Shown here: positions 29,183-40,150 of the stretch, one piece after another
How positions within the stretch are numbered: position 1 is the first letter of the stretch
Layout of the letters: each line of letters opens with the position of its first letter
Assembly: GCA_051531975.1 (NCBI GenBank)
Contig: JAOPTT010000006.1
Coordinates: 398,870 to 462,869 of the forward strand
Length of the DNA stretch: 64,000 nt
Reading direction: 5' to 3'
Source of the DNA: Spirochaetaceae bacterium
GTDB lineage: Bacteria; Spirochaetota; Spirochaetia; DSM-2461
The notes under the pieces: model-generated
Told to the model about the DNA's origin: nothing
The model's input: the letters and a program-made list of their open reading frames with translations, nothing else
Database searches by the model: none
Position numbers and translations under genes: made by a program

Positions 29183-29224
29183 AAATGAAATTAAAAAGAA
29201 ATTAACAAAGGAAAAAACAACAGA

Positions 29225-30346
29225 ATGAAAAAGGTATTGTATCTAGTAATTATAGCAGTTAGTTTATTTGGATTTTCATGTTCAAGTAAGAAAGAAGTAA
29301 TATCACAGGACATGGTTGTGATAACTGATGTTATGGGTAGAGAAGTTTCTATTCCTGTTCGTCCAGAGCGTATAGTAATTGGAGATCATTATTGGGAGAC
29401 CTTTATGGTTGGTGGTGACGATGTATTTGATAACGTTGTAGGCTGGAGTGCAACAACTTGGGTAAAGTGGAGGAACAGTATCTATAAAGAGTTTGCTAAG
29501 GCTGTTCCTCGTTTATATGAATTAGTAGATGTAGGACTTACATTTAATCAGACATTTGATATTGAAAAGTTTTTATCGTTAGATCCAGATTTATTAATCC
29601 TTCCTGTATATCAATATGAACCACTAGATGCAGGTATAAAAGAAGCTATAACTTTTGCAGGTGTTCCAATTGTATTAATAGATTTTTCAGCAGGAACTAA
29701 AGAACTTCACAACAGAAGCATCGATATCTTAGGGCAAATATTTAATCAAAATGAAAGAGCAACAGAGATAAATAGTATTTATAATAAGTATCTAGGTATT
29801 ATTGAAACAAGATTATCAGAGTTAACAGAACAACCTACAGTTTATCTTGAAAAAGGTTCAAAAGGACCTGCAATATTTGACGAAACATGGGGAAGTTCAA
29901 ACTGGGCGCCAGTACTAACAAGAGCTGGTGGTTTTAATATCTCCCAAAAAATAATCAAAGGTGTTGGAAATGCTGATAACGAATTTATGTTAACAGAAAA
30001 CCCAGATTTTATATTTTTTACAGGATCCACATGGCCAACAAAAACCGAAGCTATTCAATTAGGTTTTAATATTAACAAAGCTGATACTAAAAAAACTGCT
30101 ATGCGATATGTAGATGAAAGAGAAGGATGGAATCAATTAAATGCTATACAAAATAAAAATGTATATGTAATGCATCATGGATTCATAAGATCTGTATTGG
30201 ATTTTCTACCATCAATTTATATAGCTGAAAAGATTCATCCAGAACTGTTTACAGACTTAAATGCAGAAGAGATAGCTATGCAATTCTTTAATGACTATTT
30301 ACCAGTTGATTTTCATGGATCTTGGCTCTGCTCATTATATGAATAA
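29225..30346 (+). CDS. Iron-complex/cobalamin ABC substrate-binding lipoprotein
   Basis: Lipobox FGFSC; TDVMGREV..P..PERIV; W..LNAIQNKNVY. Confidence 0.85.
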   Translation: MKKVLYLVIIAVSLFGFSCSSKKEVISQDMVVITDVMGREVSIPVRPERIVIGDHYWETFMVGGDDVFDNVVGWSATTWVKWRNSIYKEFAKAVPRLYELVDVGLTFNQTFDIEKFLSLDPDLLILPVYQYEPLDAGIKEAITFAGVPIVLIDFSAGTKELHNRSIDILGQIFNQNERATEINSIYNKYLGIIETRLSELTEQPTVYLEKGSKGPAIFDETWGSSNWAPVLTRAGGFNISQKIIKGVGNADNEFMLTENPDFIFFTGSTWPTKTEAIQLGFNINKADTKKTAMRYVDEREGWNQLNAIQNKNVYVMHHGFIRSVLDFLPSIYIAEKIHPELFTDLNAEEIAMQFFNDYLPVDFHGSWLCSLYE

Positions 30347-31292
30347 AAATATAAGGTTTTTAACTATAATTTCAATATTAATTGTAACACTTTTAGTCTT
30401 TTCATTCATTGTTCTCTTTATGGGGATAAATTTTGAGAATCAAAAAGTAGCAGCAATAATATTCGGAATACGTAAAAAACAGTTATTAGGGGCTATCTCT
30501 ATTGGAGGTGGCTTAGCTATAGCTGGTACAGTACTTCAAACCTACTTCAATAATAGTTTAGCATCCCCTCATACATTAGGAATTATCTCATTATCAGGTG
30601 TTGGTGCCGCCCTATCTATTGTATTTGGATTATCTACAGTTTATCAGTTTGGTTTTGCATTAGGTGGTGCCCTACTCTTATTTATTTTGATCTCATATTC
30701 TAAAATGAAACACTCTAATATTATCTTTATAGGTATTTTTTTAAACTTTGTAGGAGATAGTCTTATAATGTGGATAAAATATTTATTTGCGAAAATTGAA
30801 GATTACGCATCAATTGACTATTGGTTCTGGGGAAGTTTAGAAAAGATAACATCTAAGTCACAATGGTGGCTGCTCATATTAATAATACCAATATTAGTGA
30901 TCATATTTAAATCATCAAATTTTCTAGATCTGATATCCCAGGGAATTGAACATCAGAAAAATATCAGTTTTGATAGAAAAAGATTTAATATACATGAGAG
31001 AGTATTAATTTTAATGACTGCAATAATAGTTGCAATCTCAACAATAACAACAGGTAAAATAGGTTTTATCGGATTAATGGCACCTCATATAGCTAAAAAA
31101 ATTGGATATGGGTTTGAGCATAAAAAATTACTTATAATCTCTCTGTTAGTTGGAGCAAATATTCTAACAATTAGTCTATTTTTACAAATACTACTTAAAA
31201 ACATAGAGCTAGGAAAGTTTCCAATAGGTCTACTACTATCAATCCCAGGTATTATTACATTCTTTTATATATTAAGAGGTAATAACAGGTGA
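30339..31292 (+). CDS. FecCD/BtuC-family ABC permease
   Basis: GGGLAIAGTVLQ..NSLASPHTLG; GKIGFIGLMAPH. Confidence 0.85.
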   Translation: MNKNIRFLTIISILIVTLLVFSFIVLFMGINFENQKVAAIIFGIRKKQLLGAISIGGGLAIAGTVLQTYFNNSLASPHTLGIISLSGVGAALSIVFGLSTVYQFGFALGGALLLFILISYSKMKHSNIIFIGIFLNFVGDSLIMWIKYLFAKIEDYASIDYWFWGSLEKITSKSQWWLLILIIPILVIIFKSSNFLDLISQGIEHQKNISFDRKRFNIHERVLILMTAIIVAISTITTGKIGFIGLMAPHIAKKIGYGFEHKKLLIISLLVGANILTISLFLQILLKNIELGKFPIGLLLSIPGIITFFYILRGNNR

Positions 31293-31978
31293 TCTACATA
31301 GATGAAATAAATATTAATTACAAAGAAAAAAAACTACTAACAAATACAAGTCTAAAATTAGACAATGGAATATTTTACTGTTTTATTGGTAGAAATGGAT
31401 CTGGTAAAACTTCACTATTCAACTATTTTAAAAAAAATTATTCTAACAAGTTTAATATTAGGATGCTAAAGCAGAATCAGAACATTGAATCTTCATATGG
31501 AATATCTCTATGGGATTTTTTAAAATCATATTGTATCTTTGAACGTATATTGGAATGGGAACAGCTTATCATTAAATATTTAACAAAGTTTGATCTATAT
31601 GATAAAAGATTTCAATTAATTGATAGCTTAAGTGGTGGAGAAAAACAGAGAATGTTCTTGGCTCAAATACTTTTAGGTGAATCTGAACTGATACTCTTAG
31701 ATGAATCTTTCTCCAACTTAGATATTGGACATAAAATTGAATATTACGGTTTATTCAAAGAAGAAGCAAAGTGTCGTGACATACCTATAATACTAATTGA
31801 ACACGATTTAAGGTTTGCATTGGAATTTTCAAAGAACATACTTTTTTGTCATACAAAAGGACAATCACTAGAAGCTTATTTATCAGATTCAACAGAGTTG
31901 CCTATGATTATTAAACAGGAGTTTGGAATATCAATTTCATCAGAAAACAGATATCTTTTGTTAGATAAAAATATATAA
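31289..31978 (+). CDS. ABC transporter ATP-binding protein
   Basis: GRNGSGKT, LSGGEKQR, LLDE, EHD. Confidence 0.9.
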   Translation: MIYIDEININYKEKKLLTNTSLKLDNGIFYCFIGRNGSGKTSLFNYFKKNYSNKFNIRMLKQNQNIESSYGISLWDFLKSYCIFERILEWEQLIIKYLTKFDLYDKRFQLIDSLSGGEKQRMFLAQILLGESELILLDESFSNLDIGHKIEYYGLFKEEAKCRDIPIILIEHDLRFALEFSKNILFCHTKGQSLEAYLSDSTELPMIIKQEFGISISSENRYLLLDKNI

Positions 31979-32023
31979 CATCTAAATACACAAAAAGTAA
32001 TTGTTAAAATCAAATCCACCCAA

Positions 32024-32056
32024 TAGAACCAAGATCACCAAATGAGCTTGGTTCTA
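32024..32056. terminator. Hairpin between convergent units
   Basis: tagaaccaag...cttggttcta 10-bp perfect stem; no clear U-tract. Confidence 0.45.
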
Positions 32057-32336
32057 CGAGATCTTTGGGAATTTGTCATCTATTATTCAGGTGTAGTATA
32101 AATATTTCTGACAACTCAAAATCCTATCCCAACTACTCCATCACTTGCTTCTTATTATGTCTTTTACAATCCGATATGGTTTAACTCAAGATTAACCCCA
32201 CAGACTAAATCATTAACTAATAAAAGCAGATGAATCTTTGAAATGAATCCCAAATACAACTATCTAATTGAACCAATTAGTTCATATAATATAGAAATAA
32301 AATATGATTATTAGACAATTAGATTTATGTATTCTT

Positions 32337-32534
32337 TCAATATATTGGATTTATAGATATTAAGGGGATGCCTAGATCACGTAACTGCTTTAATAAACCA
32401 TGTAGTGCTACCTGATCTTTTACATCCCCTGATAATACCGTTTCATCTTTATTATCTAGCTTCATAGCCATTCCATAAAACCTATCAGAACAGCTAATAT
32501 TTAGGTGACCTTTAACTTTTATCTGATAATTCAT
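32337..32534 (-). CDS. Small conserved hypothetical protein
   Basis: YQIKVKGHL...DQVALHGLLKQLRDLG; from recall, a family often found next to MalT/LuxR regulators. Confidence 0.65.
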   Translation of the reverse strand: MNYQIKVKGHLNISCSDRFYGMAMKLDNKDETVLSGDVKDQVALHGLLKQLRDLGIPLISINPIY

Positions 32535-33159
32535 AAATCCCAAGCCATATAAACCATACAATTTGTATCATTCCAAAAATAATAGCTGTAATAGCTGCTA
32601 AAGGAGGTATCGTAGAAAGAACTCCTGCACAACCGACAATTATTCCTATTATATTAAGAGCTTTTGGTAATTTTTTTATTTTAAGGGCAGCTATACTAAC
32701 CAGAAGAATCCATAAACCTCCAACTATTTCATTTCCACCTCCAATTCCATCTGCAATAGATTCTATGGCGAGCCAAACTGTTCCTGCCTGTTCGGGGTTT
32801 TCAGAATAAAGATTAATAACTGTTTCCATTCCAATATTATGGATCATACCAGCAGCAATAACTAAAGTACTCCAAATGAGTCCTAAACTAGTTGCTATTA
32901 GCATAATAACTTGTGATCCCTCTTTTAGACGATTATAAAGAGCAAGTGATAGAATAATCATAAACACACCAAAAAAAACATAAATAATTAAATTCAGTAT
33001 ATAAATGGTTGTCTGGTTATCAATAAAAAAAGCTACTTTTTTTACAGAGCTGTCAATTCCTGAATAGTCTAATAGGAAAATAAAGAATAACATTCCAATT
33101 ATGTATGCAGCCCCTTCATATAGTGCGGCAATCCCACCCAATTTTTTTAAATTTTTCAT
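32512..33159 (-). CDS. DUF4386-like integral membrane protein
   Basis: About six hydrophobic helices; GGGNEIVGGLW; WFIWLG. Confidence 0.7.
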   Translation of the reverse strand: MKNLKKLGGIAALYEGAAYIIGMLFFIFLLDYSGIDSSVKKVAFFIDNQTTIYILNLIIYVFFGVFMIILSLALYNRLKEGSQVIMLIATSLGLIWSTLVIAAGMIHNIGMETVINLYSENPEQAGTVWLAIESIADGIGGGNEIVGGLWILLVSIAALKIKKLPKALNIIGIIVGCAGVLSTIPPLAAITAIIFGMIQIVWFIWLGIYELSDKS

Positions 33160-33210
33160 AATAAATCTCCTTGATATATATAAAATATAAGTCAGGTCAA
33201 GAGATATTTA

Positions 33211-33231
33211 TAGACACTAAAGTGTTGTTTT
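33211..33231 (-). promoter_or_regulatory. 21-bp motif copy A, putative operator
   Basis: Minus strand aaaacaacactttagtgtcta, identical to 35869-35889. Confidence 0.7.
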
Positions 33232-35799
33232 TTATTTGAGGATTTTAAGTTCTCTAGCTCTGCTTATGGCTAGAGTCCTAGTTTTTACACCAAGTTTTCC
33301 ATAAATTCTTCTATTATGGCCCTTAACTGTATCCAGAGCAAGAAATAGTTTATCGCAGATTTCTCTGTTGGATAATCCTTTTGAAAGGAGATTAAGAACC
33401 TCAATCTCTCTTTTACTTAAAGACTCAACTAGGGTTTGATTTTCTATATCAAATAATGGAAGTATTTTACTTATAAATGAGTTTGTTATTCCAACTGTTT
33501 CAGCTTCTAACAATAAATCGTACATCATTTTACCTTCATCGATAAATATTCGAATGAAATTTTCTGTTTCTGCTAATTTAAATACCTTCTGGAGAGTATC
33601 AAAAGCAGTTTGTTTATCCCCGTTTATATAATGAGCAACTGTTTGAAGAATCTGAATATTCAAACTATGTTTTTCATTCTTTAATATTTCCAAAACTTCT
33701 AATGGTTTATGTGCTGCAAGTAGAACCCTTGCTTTAGAAATTGGAAGGTTGTGCTCCCTAGCAATTTGTAAAGCAGATTCGAGATCACCTTGTTTTATAT
33801 TTAATTCTACCATCATCTCTATTAGATCTGGAATTCTGTGAGTATAATTATCCTGATATACGGTGTCTTTTACAACTTTTAGCATTATTGAAGCTTCATC
33901 TAGATCACCTGTCACTATTTTTAAACGGATTGAAAATAGGTCGGCAATGATAAAACGGTCAATAACTTTTTCAAATTTTCGTGCTAGATTAACACCTCTT
34001 TCACAATATTCATTGGCTTTTTCTAAGTTGTTCCACAGATAGTGAATTCTTGCCAAACCTAAATAAACATCACATAAAACTGGTAATGGTTGTTTACCTA
34101 CCTGTTTAAGCACATTGTTATATGTTTCTGCTGCCTTATGAAGTCTGTTCTCCATTTCCTGTATAAAACCAAGACCAGCTTCTGATAATATTGCAAAAAG
34201 ATAATTTCCAGATGTATTACCAATTGATATAGCTGTATTATAACTCTTTTCTGCATTTCTATAATCACACTTAATTTCATAAGACTGTGCTAATGTCCAG
34301 TTTGATACAGTCCTAGAAGACATATTTTTAGGGTGTAGGTATTTAAGAGCCTTTAATGATTGTATATAAATAGTTTCATCATCATATGTAGTAACTGCTA
34401 ATATCGCCCTTAAAGAGGCTATACGGCCTATTAGATCTTTAACATCATCTGTAATAATGTCTCCAATAGCCTGCTCTGCAGCCTGTAATTTTTCTTCAAT
34501 ACCTGTAATTATTCCAATTCCAATTAAGGCCGATGCATATGTTATCCAGAGTAGAGGTTTTTCATCCTTAACTTTAGTGGGAAGAGACTGTAACCAATCT
34601 ATAATAAGTTTAACCGTCCTCTGATCGTGCCGGGGTATTCCATTCCCTTCAAGAAGATATATTGTTCTGTCTATATCCCCGGCTATTGTGGATTGTTTAA
34701 ATGACTCGATATAAAATCCATTCTCTTCGTACCACAAACTGGCTCTAATATGTAACTCATTAGAAACTATTTTACTCTTTATTAATCGATGTTTAAGAAG
34801 TTCTGCAAAAAGATGATGATATCTATACCACTCTCTTTCATTATCCAATGGGATAATAAACATATTTAACTGTTCAAGTTTTTCTAACATATCCTGCCCA
34901 GAAGTTGTGTGGTTCAGAATTATCCCATCACACAGTGATCCACACATACGATCAAGTATAGAAGTTTGAAGAAGAAAAGTTAAAACCTCATCATTTTGCA
35001 AATTCAATACCTCTTCTATAAGATAATCGAGGACAAAGTTGTGGCTTGCACCAAATGTCTCAATGAAATTAGAAGAGTTATCTTTTCCCTCTATGGATAT
35101 AGCTGCCAGTTGTAGGCCGGTGATCCAACCTTCTGTTTTACTTTCCAATATTGAAATATCACTCTGTATAAGATTTAGTTTCATAACCTTATTTAGAAAA
35201 TCTGTGGTTTCTAAAGCAGTAAATCGCAAATCAGAAGCCCTAAGTTCTATCATTTTCCCAGTTGCTCTTAATTTTGCTAGTTGTAAATTAGGATCTTCCC
35301 TTGAAACAATAGTAAGGTGCATTTTATTAGGCATATTTTTTAATAAATAGTTAATAATATTATCAATTTCTTTGGAATCCACAACATGATAATCATCTAG
35401 AATAAAGATAAAGTCTTCAGTTATTAGTGCTATTTCATTTATAATCTTAGACAGAGATATATCAGTTTCCGGAGGATCTGGTGATTGAAGTTCCATTAAC
35501 AGTTCCAATCCTATATCTTTATATACTCTGTTTATTCCGCAGACAAAATAAGTCAAAAATACCAGAGGGTCACTGTGTTCTTCGTCTAACGATAACCACA
35601 TTACAGGTCGGTTTAACCCCGAAACCCATTCACTAACTATAGTAGTTTTTCCAAATCCTGCAGAAGCAGAAATTAGAATAAACTTAGCTTGTTGTCCATC
35701 ATTCAGTTTCTTAATTAAATGAGGTCTTGGAATAGTTTTTGACTGAAAAGGAGGTATATACAGCTTTGTAGTTAAGATAGGTATGGGCATTTGTTTCAT
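33232..35799 (-). CDS. MalT-like STAND/LuxR transcriptional regulator
   Basis: TKLYIPP, ASAGFGKTT, ILDDYH, TEGW, WYRYHHLF, C-terminal LSKREIEVL..GLSNREI HTH; GGAG RBS before 35799. Confidence 0.92.
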   Translation of the reverse strand: MKQMPIPILTTKLYIPPFQSKTIPRPHLIKKLNDGQQAKFILISASAGFGKTTIVSEWVSGLNRPVMWLSLDEEHSDPLVFLTYFVCGINRVYKDIGLELLMELQSPDPPETDISLSKIINEIALITEDFIFILDDYHVVDSKEIDNIINYLLKNMPNKMHLTIVSREDPNLQLAKLRATGKMIELRASDLRFTALETTDFLNKVMKLNLIQSDISILESKTEGWITGLQLAAISIEGKDNSSNFIETFGASHNFVLDYLIEEVLNLQNDEVLTFLLQTSILDRMCGSLCDGIILNHTTSGQDMLEKLEQLNMFIIPLDNEREWYRYHHLFAELLKHRLIKSKIVSNELHIRASLWYEENGFYIESFKQSTIAGDIDRTIYLLEGNGIPRHDQRTVKLIIDWLQSLPTKVKDEKPLLWITYASALIGIGIITGIEEKLQAAEQAIGDIITDDVKDLIGRIASLRAILAVTTYDDETIYIQSLKALKYLHPKNMSSRTVSNWTLAQSYEIKCDYRNAEKSYNTAISIGNTSGNYLFAILSEAGLGFIQEMENRLHKAAETYNNVLKQVGKQPLPVLCDVYLGLARIHYLWNNLEKANEYCERGVNLARKFEKVIDRFIIADLFSIRLKIVTGDLDEASIMLKVVKDTVYQDNYTHRIPDLIEMMVELNIKQGDLESALQIAREHNLPISKARVLLAAHKPLEVLEILKNEKHSLNIQILQTVAHYINGDKQTAFDTLQKVFKLAETENFIRIFIDEGKMMYDLLLEAETVGITNSFISKILPLFDIENQTLVESLSKREIEVLNLLSKGLSNREICDKLFLALDTVKGHNRRIYGKLGVKTRTLAISRARELKILK

Positions 35800-35868
35800 T
35801 ATACTCCTGTTTCTGCTTTCATTCACATAAAATATACTAATATTAAAGTATAAATTTTATGTAACATC

Positions 35869-35889
35869 AAAACAACACTTTAGTGTCTA
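35869..35889 (+). promoter_or_regulatory. 21-bp motif copy B, putative operator
   Basis: aaaacaacactttagtgtcta upstream of ATG 35947. Confidence 0.7.
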
Positions 35890-35946
35890 AGTATAGAAGG
35901 ACACAGAGTATATAATTAGAAATATATAACATTATAGGAGATTTTA

Positions 35947-36600
35947 ATGATAAAAAAGACATTGTTGGTTTTGCTGATATTAACAGCTTCAACTATTTTT
36001 TCTAATAATATTGCAGTTTTAAATAGAGCAATGGACAAGATAAGTATTGATGATAATAAGTTTAGTTTTGAATTAACTACAAAGACAATAGAGGATGATA
36101 AAACAGATATTATTACTGTATCTTTTAATCCCCAGGATAATCCACAATACCAACTTCTTTTGAAGAATGGTGAAAAACCAACACAAAAAGAGATTAAAGC
36201 TTATTATAAAGAACTTGAAGAAGAAGATGAATCCGGAATGGATGGCATGTTTGGTGATGATAACTATGTTTTTATTTCTGAGGAAGATGGAATAATGCAA
36301 TATAGTTTTGATACAGTGCTTGATTTCATGCCTGGAAAAGCTTCAAAGATGACAGGTCTTATATGGGTCGATGAAAAACTAGAAATAATCACAAAAATAA
36401 AGTTAATAAATGAAGAGAAAATGAAAATAGCTTTAGGTATATCATTGTCAGAGTTTGTTTTAGAATTTAGTTTTGAACCATTTAATAATGAGTTATGTGT
36501 AATGACAAGTACAAATATGGATATGAAGGGAAAAGCTGTCTTATTTGATTTTGAAATGAGATCCATAAGTCGAATGTATAATTACGCTTTAGTTAACTGA
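35947..36600 (+). CDS. Exported hypothetical protein, beta-rich
   Basis: Signal peptide; AGGAG RBS. Confidence 0.75.
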   Translation: MIKKTLLVLLILTASTIFSNNIAVLNRAMDKISIDDNKFSFELTTKTIEDDKTDIITVSFNPQDNPQYQLLLKNGEKPTQKEIKAYYKELEEEDESGMDGMFGDDNYVFISEEDGIMQYSFDTVLDFMPGKASKMTGLIWVDEKLEIITKIKLINEEKMKIALGISLSEFVLEFSFEPFNNELCVMTSTNMDMKGKAVLFDFEMRSISRMYNYALVN

Positions 36601-36709
36601 TGGATTATCTGGTTTTTAGCTATTATGAATTCCTAATATGATTTTAAAATTTATTTGCTTTGTTTTTAGCTCTTTTTGTGATAAAAATTATTTAATAAAA
36701 GGAATAAAA

Positions 36710-37270
36710 ATGAAAAAATCTATTTTTTTAGTATTACTAATTTCAATATCAATTAATGCTTATTCAGAAATTCTGAAGATACATTTTTCTAATGAAGAGT
36801 TTGCTGAGAATACATATGTTATTAGATATAATCCAGATGATCAGAAATTAGTAGAACCATTACAATTGGAGTCACATAGGTATAACTATTGCATCGAAGA
36901 TAAAGATAAACAATATGTCATAAAATACATATTGTTTTCTGAAACCCCTGAAATTGAAAAGCATGATATTGAGTTTACAGTTTTATCATCAACAGTGTTA
37001 TTTAATATTCATGGTACTGATGAGTTCGAAAGTAATTCTACAATGTTCAAAGCTGAAGATGTAAAAAATGAATTTAACGCTGACAAAGGTTTTACTAATT
37101 TTGCATATGATATTAAGTCAGATTATGCTGGTGAATATAAATTTATTATGACAAATTTTTTATATAAAAAAGGTCTTGGTATTATGTGCCAAACTATTCA
37201 GTTTAATGATATGGAATTTGCTAAGACAGAGAAATTCTTTGAAATTTTCCATGGTTTTAATTTCTACTAA
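36710..37270 (+). CDS. Exported hypothetical protein
   Basis: MKKSIFLVLLISISINAYS signal peptide; AAGGA RBS. Confidence 0.7.
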   Translation: MKKSIFLVLLISISINAYSEILKIHFSNEEFAENTYVIRYNPDDQKLVEPLQLESHRYNYCIEDKDKQYVIKYILFSETPEIEKHDIEFTVLSSTVLFNIHGTDEFESNSTMFKAEDVKNEFNADKGFTNFAYDIKSDYAGEYKFIMTNFLYKKGLGIMCQTIQFNDMEFAKTEKFFEIFHGFNFY

Positions 37271-37384
37271 CAAGAATATATTAGCTATGTCAATTTACCT
37301 TGTTACTAAGCTAAATTTACGATTACTTAGTATTGTTCAAAAGATAATTAATTATAATAATGTAGACTACAAGTAGGAGTTTCT

Positions 37385-37906
37385 ATGTATACTGAATACC
37401 AAAATAAAGAAATTAAAAAAATGAATATGATTCTTAACTTTACTTGGATTGGGAGCTTTATAGTTAACTTCTTTTATTTCAATATTGTATCAAACAGGAC
37501 AGATATAAATAGCCAATTTAATATTGAAATTTTTAAGGAGGATATTGTTATCATTTACTTAATAATTATCTTAATTTCTCTGTTTATCTCATTAACTCTT
37601 TATAAAAGGTTATTCAGTGATAAACATTTTATAGATTCCAAATTTTCAAAATTACTTCAGAGCTATCAACAAAATTCAGATAGGATTGTAACAAATTCAG
37701 AAACTAAAATTAAAGTTGACCTAACTGTCATCTATACAAGTTATACGATCTGTTTAGGACTAATACATTCAGCATCATTATACGGACTTGTTTCATCAAT
37801 AAATTTAGAAACTCCGTATCCATTTTATCTGTTTATCTTGATATCATTAACAGGTACAGTTTTATTAAAACCAAAATTAAAAAATCTTATTGAACTAGTA
37901 GGTTAA
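37385..37906 (+). CDS. Membrane hypothetical protein (about 4 TM)
   Basis: AGGAG RBS, hydrophobic segments. Confidence 0.7.
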   Translation: MYTEYQNKEIKKMNMILNFTWIGSFIVNFFYFNIVSNRTDINSQFNIEIFKEDIVIIYLIIILISLFISLTLYKRLFSDKHFIDSKFSKLLQSYQQNSDRIVTNSETKIKVDLTVIYTSYTICLGLIHSASLYGLVSSINLETPYPFYLFILISLTGTVLLKPKLKNLIELVG

Positions 37907-38050
37907 TCTTACACACTCACCTACTAGACAAAATAAATCGATAGAATCGAGTTGGGCTTTCTCGCATTTCTTGCTTGTGATAAATAACAATAACCTGATA
38001 ATATTAAAAACTTATTAACATTTTTTAATGTATTTATAAATGGAGAAACT

Positions 38051-38917
38051 ATGAAAAAATTATTCTTAATATCACTACTATTAATATTTACAACCTTATA
38101 TTCAAATAACTCTGATCAAGAGAAATATCAGAAACTTCTTCAAAGTAATAAGATGGATGAACTGTTTACTCACCTACAAGAATGGGATAAAAATAGTGAA
38201 AAAGATGTAGAATTATATATCGCTTACTTTAATTATTATCTGAGACTTGGACAATCATCTAAAACAATTATAGGACCTCTTGGAGAAGGAGGTTATGGTT
38301 TATATGAAAAGCAATTTTATGATAAAAAACCGACTGAAGTAGCCTTACATTATCTTGATGAAGCTTTAGTATTCGCTCCAAATAGGTTAGATATTCACTT
38401 TGGTAAGTCAAATATATTAGCTCAAACTTATCAGTATGAGAAACTAAGGGATTCAATACTTATTTATCTTAATTATTCTAAAGATATTAAAAGTGATTGG
38501 TTATGGGCGAATAATAATAGTTTCAAAAAACATGGTTGGAATGTTGAGGACGCAATGATAAGTTCTACAACTGATTATATAAATTATATGTTTGAGTATT
38601 TTGATAATAGTAAAATCTATATCAAAGATATAGTTGAAGCTTATTTGGATATATATCCTCAAAATATTACAGGATTAAATGTTGCAGCTCGATATTATGA
38701 CCTTAATGATGATATTACAACTAAGATAATGTTATTAGAAAAAGCGTATAAAATAGATCCATCAGATTATATTATTATTGGAAATTTAGCATATACGTTT
38801 GAAAATATAAAAGATTATGACAACGCGAGATTTTATTATAATCTGATGTCTGAAATTGATAATGAAAGTTCGAAAAAATATGCAACAGATGGATTAAAAA
38901 GAATAGAGAATAAATAA
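38051..38917 (+). CDS. Exported TPR-containing protein
   Basis: Signal peptide; PNRLDIHFGK; C-terminal TPR-like helices. Confidence 0.75.
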   Translation: MKKLFLISLLLIFTTLYSNNSDQEKYQKLLQSNKMDELFTHLQEWDKNSEKDVELYIAYFNYYLRLGQSSKTIIGPLGEGGYGLYEKQFYDKKPTEVALHYLDEALVFAPNRLDIHFGKSNILAQTYQYEKLRDSILIYLNYSKDIKSDWLWANNNSFKKHGWNVEDAMISSTTDYINYMFEYFDNSKIYIKDIVEAYLDIYPQNITGLNVAARYYDLNDDITTKIMLLEKAYKIDPSDYIIIGNLAYTFENIKDYDNARFYYNLMSEIDNESSKKYATDGLKRIENK

Positions 38918-39017
38918 TAATTGTAGGTAGTTAAATGCTTTACCCCAAAGATTGTCTAGACTAAGAATAACATACCATTATATAGATATTAGTATTTAGA
39001 TGTTTTATATTAGTTAT

Positions 39018-39980
39018 ATGAAAAATATATCAATATTTATAATTCTAATGGTTTCAAATAGTCTCTTTTCTGATAACTTACCTACTTCATTTCCTGTTAA
39101 AGGTTATTATAGGATTACTTTAGCATACGGTAATCAAAAAGAACCTTTTACAGGTAAGAAGTTTTTTCATGATTCAATAGATATCGCTGCTTATCGAGGA
39201 GCTGTTATTTTAGCAAGTGGAGATGGAGTTGTAGAAGAAATTGGAGTTAATACTAAATATCTTGGTAATTATATTCTAATCAATCACAACAATGGTTTTA
39301 AAACTAGATATGACCATCTAGAGGATGTTTTAGTAATAAAGAATCAGGAAGTGAATAAAAAAGAAGTTATTGGAACAATGGGTAGTTCTGGAAGATCAAC
39401 TGGACCACATCTAGGTTATTCTGTTGTAAATAATACTATTCCAATTAACCCAGAGTTTTTATGGAGTATAAAATTTAATAATGATATAAATATAATATTT
39501 GATAACATAGCAGAACTAGAAGGATCCCAAAATCTATATAGTGATTATATAATTGAAAATGATGATATTTTTATATTTAAAGATTCCAATATTATAGATG
39601 TTGAAGAAATATTATCAAATAATGTAGATCCAAATAAAATGGGTATTATAGTCCATAAAAATAAGATTGGTGATATTACTTCTATAGAATTACAAAATGA
39701 TCTGTATATGACTAATAGAAATATACAGATAGGTAGTTCAATTCTTGAAGTTTTACAAAATTATGGGAAATCATATTTTATTAAATCGGTAGAAAATCGT
39801 AGTAATGACTTTTTATTAAGATCAGCTGGTTTTAATTATATTAAAGATGATTGCAAGATAACTTCTATGTCCTACATCATAAAAGAAGCTATAACAGTTG
39901 ATGATTATGAGTTAAGACTAAACTTCATTTTTGAAAACTCTAGAGTTCAACAGATTCATTATTATAAATATGTAAATTGA
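39018..39980 (+). CDS. M23 family metallopeptidase with C-terminal extension
   Basis: HDSID, YDHL, GSSGRSTGPHLGY (HxH second His replaced by Gly). Confidence 0.82.
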   Translation: MKNISIFIILMVSNSLFSDNLPTSFPVKGYYRITLAYGNQKEPFTGKKFFHDSIDIAAYRGAVILASGDGVVEEIGVNTKYLGNYILINHNNGFKTRYDHLEDVLVIKNQEVNKKEVIGTMGSSGRSTGPHLGYSVVNNTIPINPEFLWSIKFNNDINIIFDNIAELEGSQNLYSDYIIENDDIFIFKDSNIIDVEEILSNNVDPNKMGIIVHKNKIGDITSIELQNDLYMTNRNIQIGSSILEVLQNYGKSYFIKSVENRSNDFLLRSAGFNYIKDDCKITSMSYIIKEAITVDDYELRLNFIFENSRVQQIHYYKYVN

Positions 39981-40150
39981 ATATAGATATAATATTGATT
40001 TTAATGATGAGTATATGAAGAAGCTTGAATCTGATGGAAGTTATTATTAGAAATATTTTTACTCTTATTAGATGATATCTAGAACATTGATTAATAATAA
40101 AATAGTAACCATATCTATTCTGATATGGTAAAGTATAAAAGAGGTTAAAT

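Noticed and set aside
29225..31978. ABC transporter as the RiPP exporter
   Set aside because: Substrate-binding protein plus FecCD-type permease indicate an importer, and it lies over 6 kb away
32060..32330. Possible gene remnant in intergenic DNA
   Set aside because: Frames examined were interrupted and showed no motif I could support
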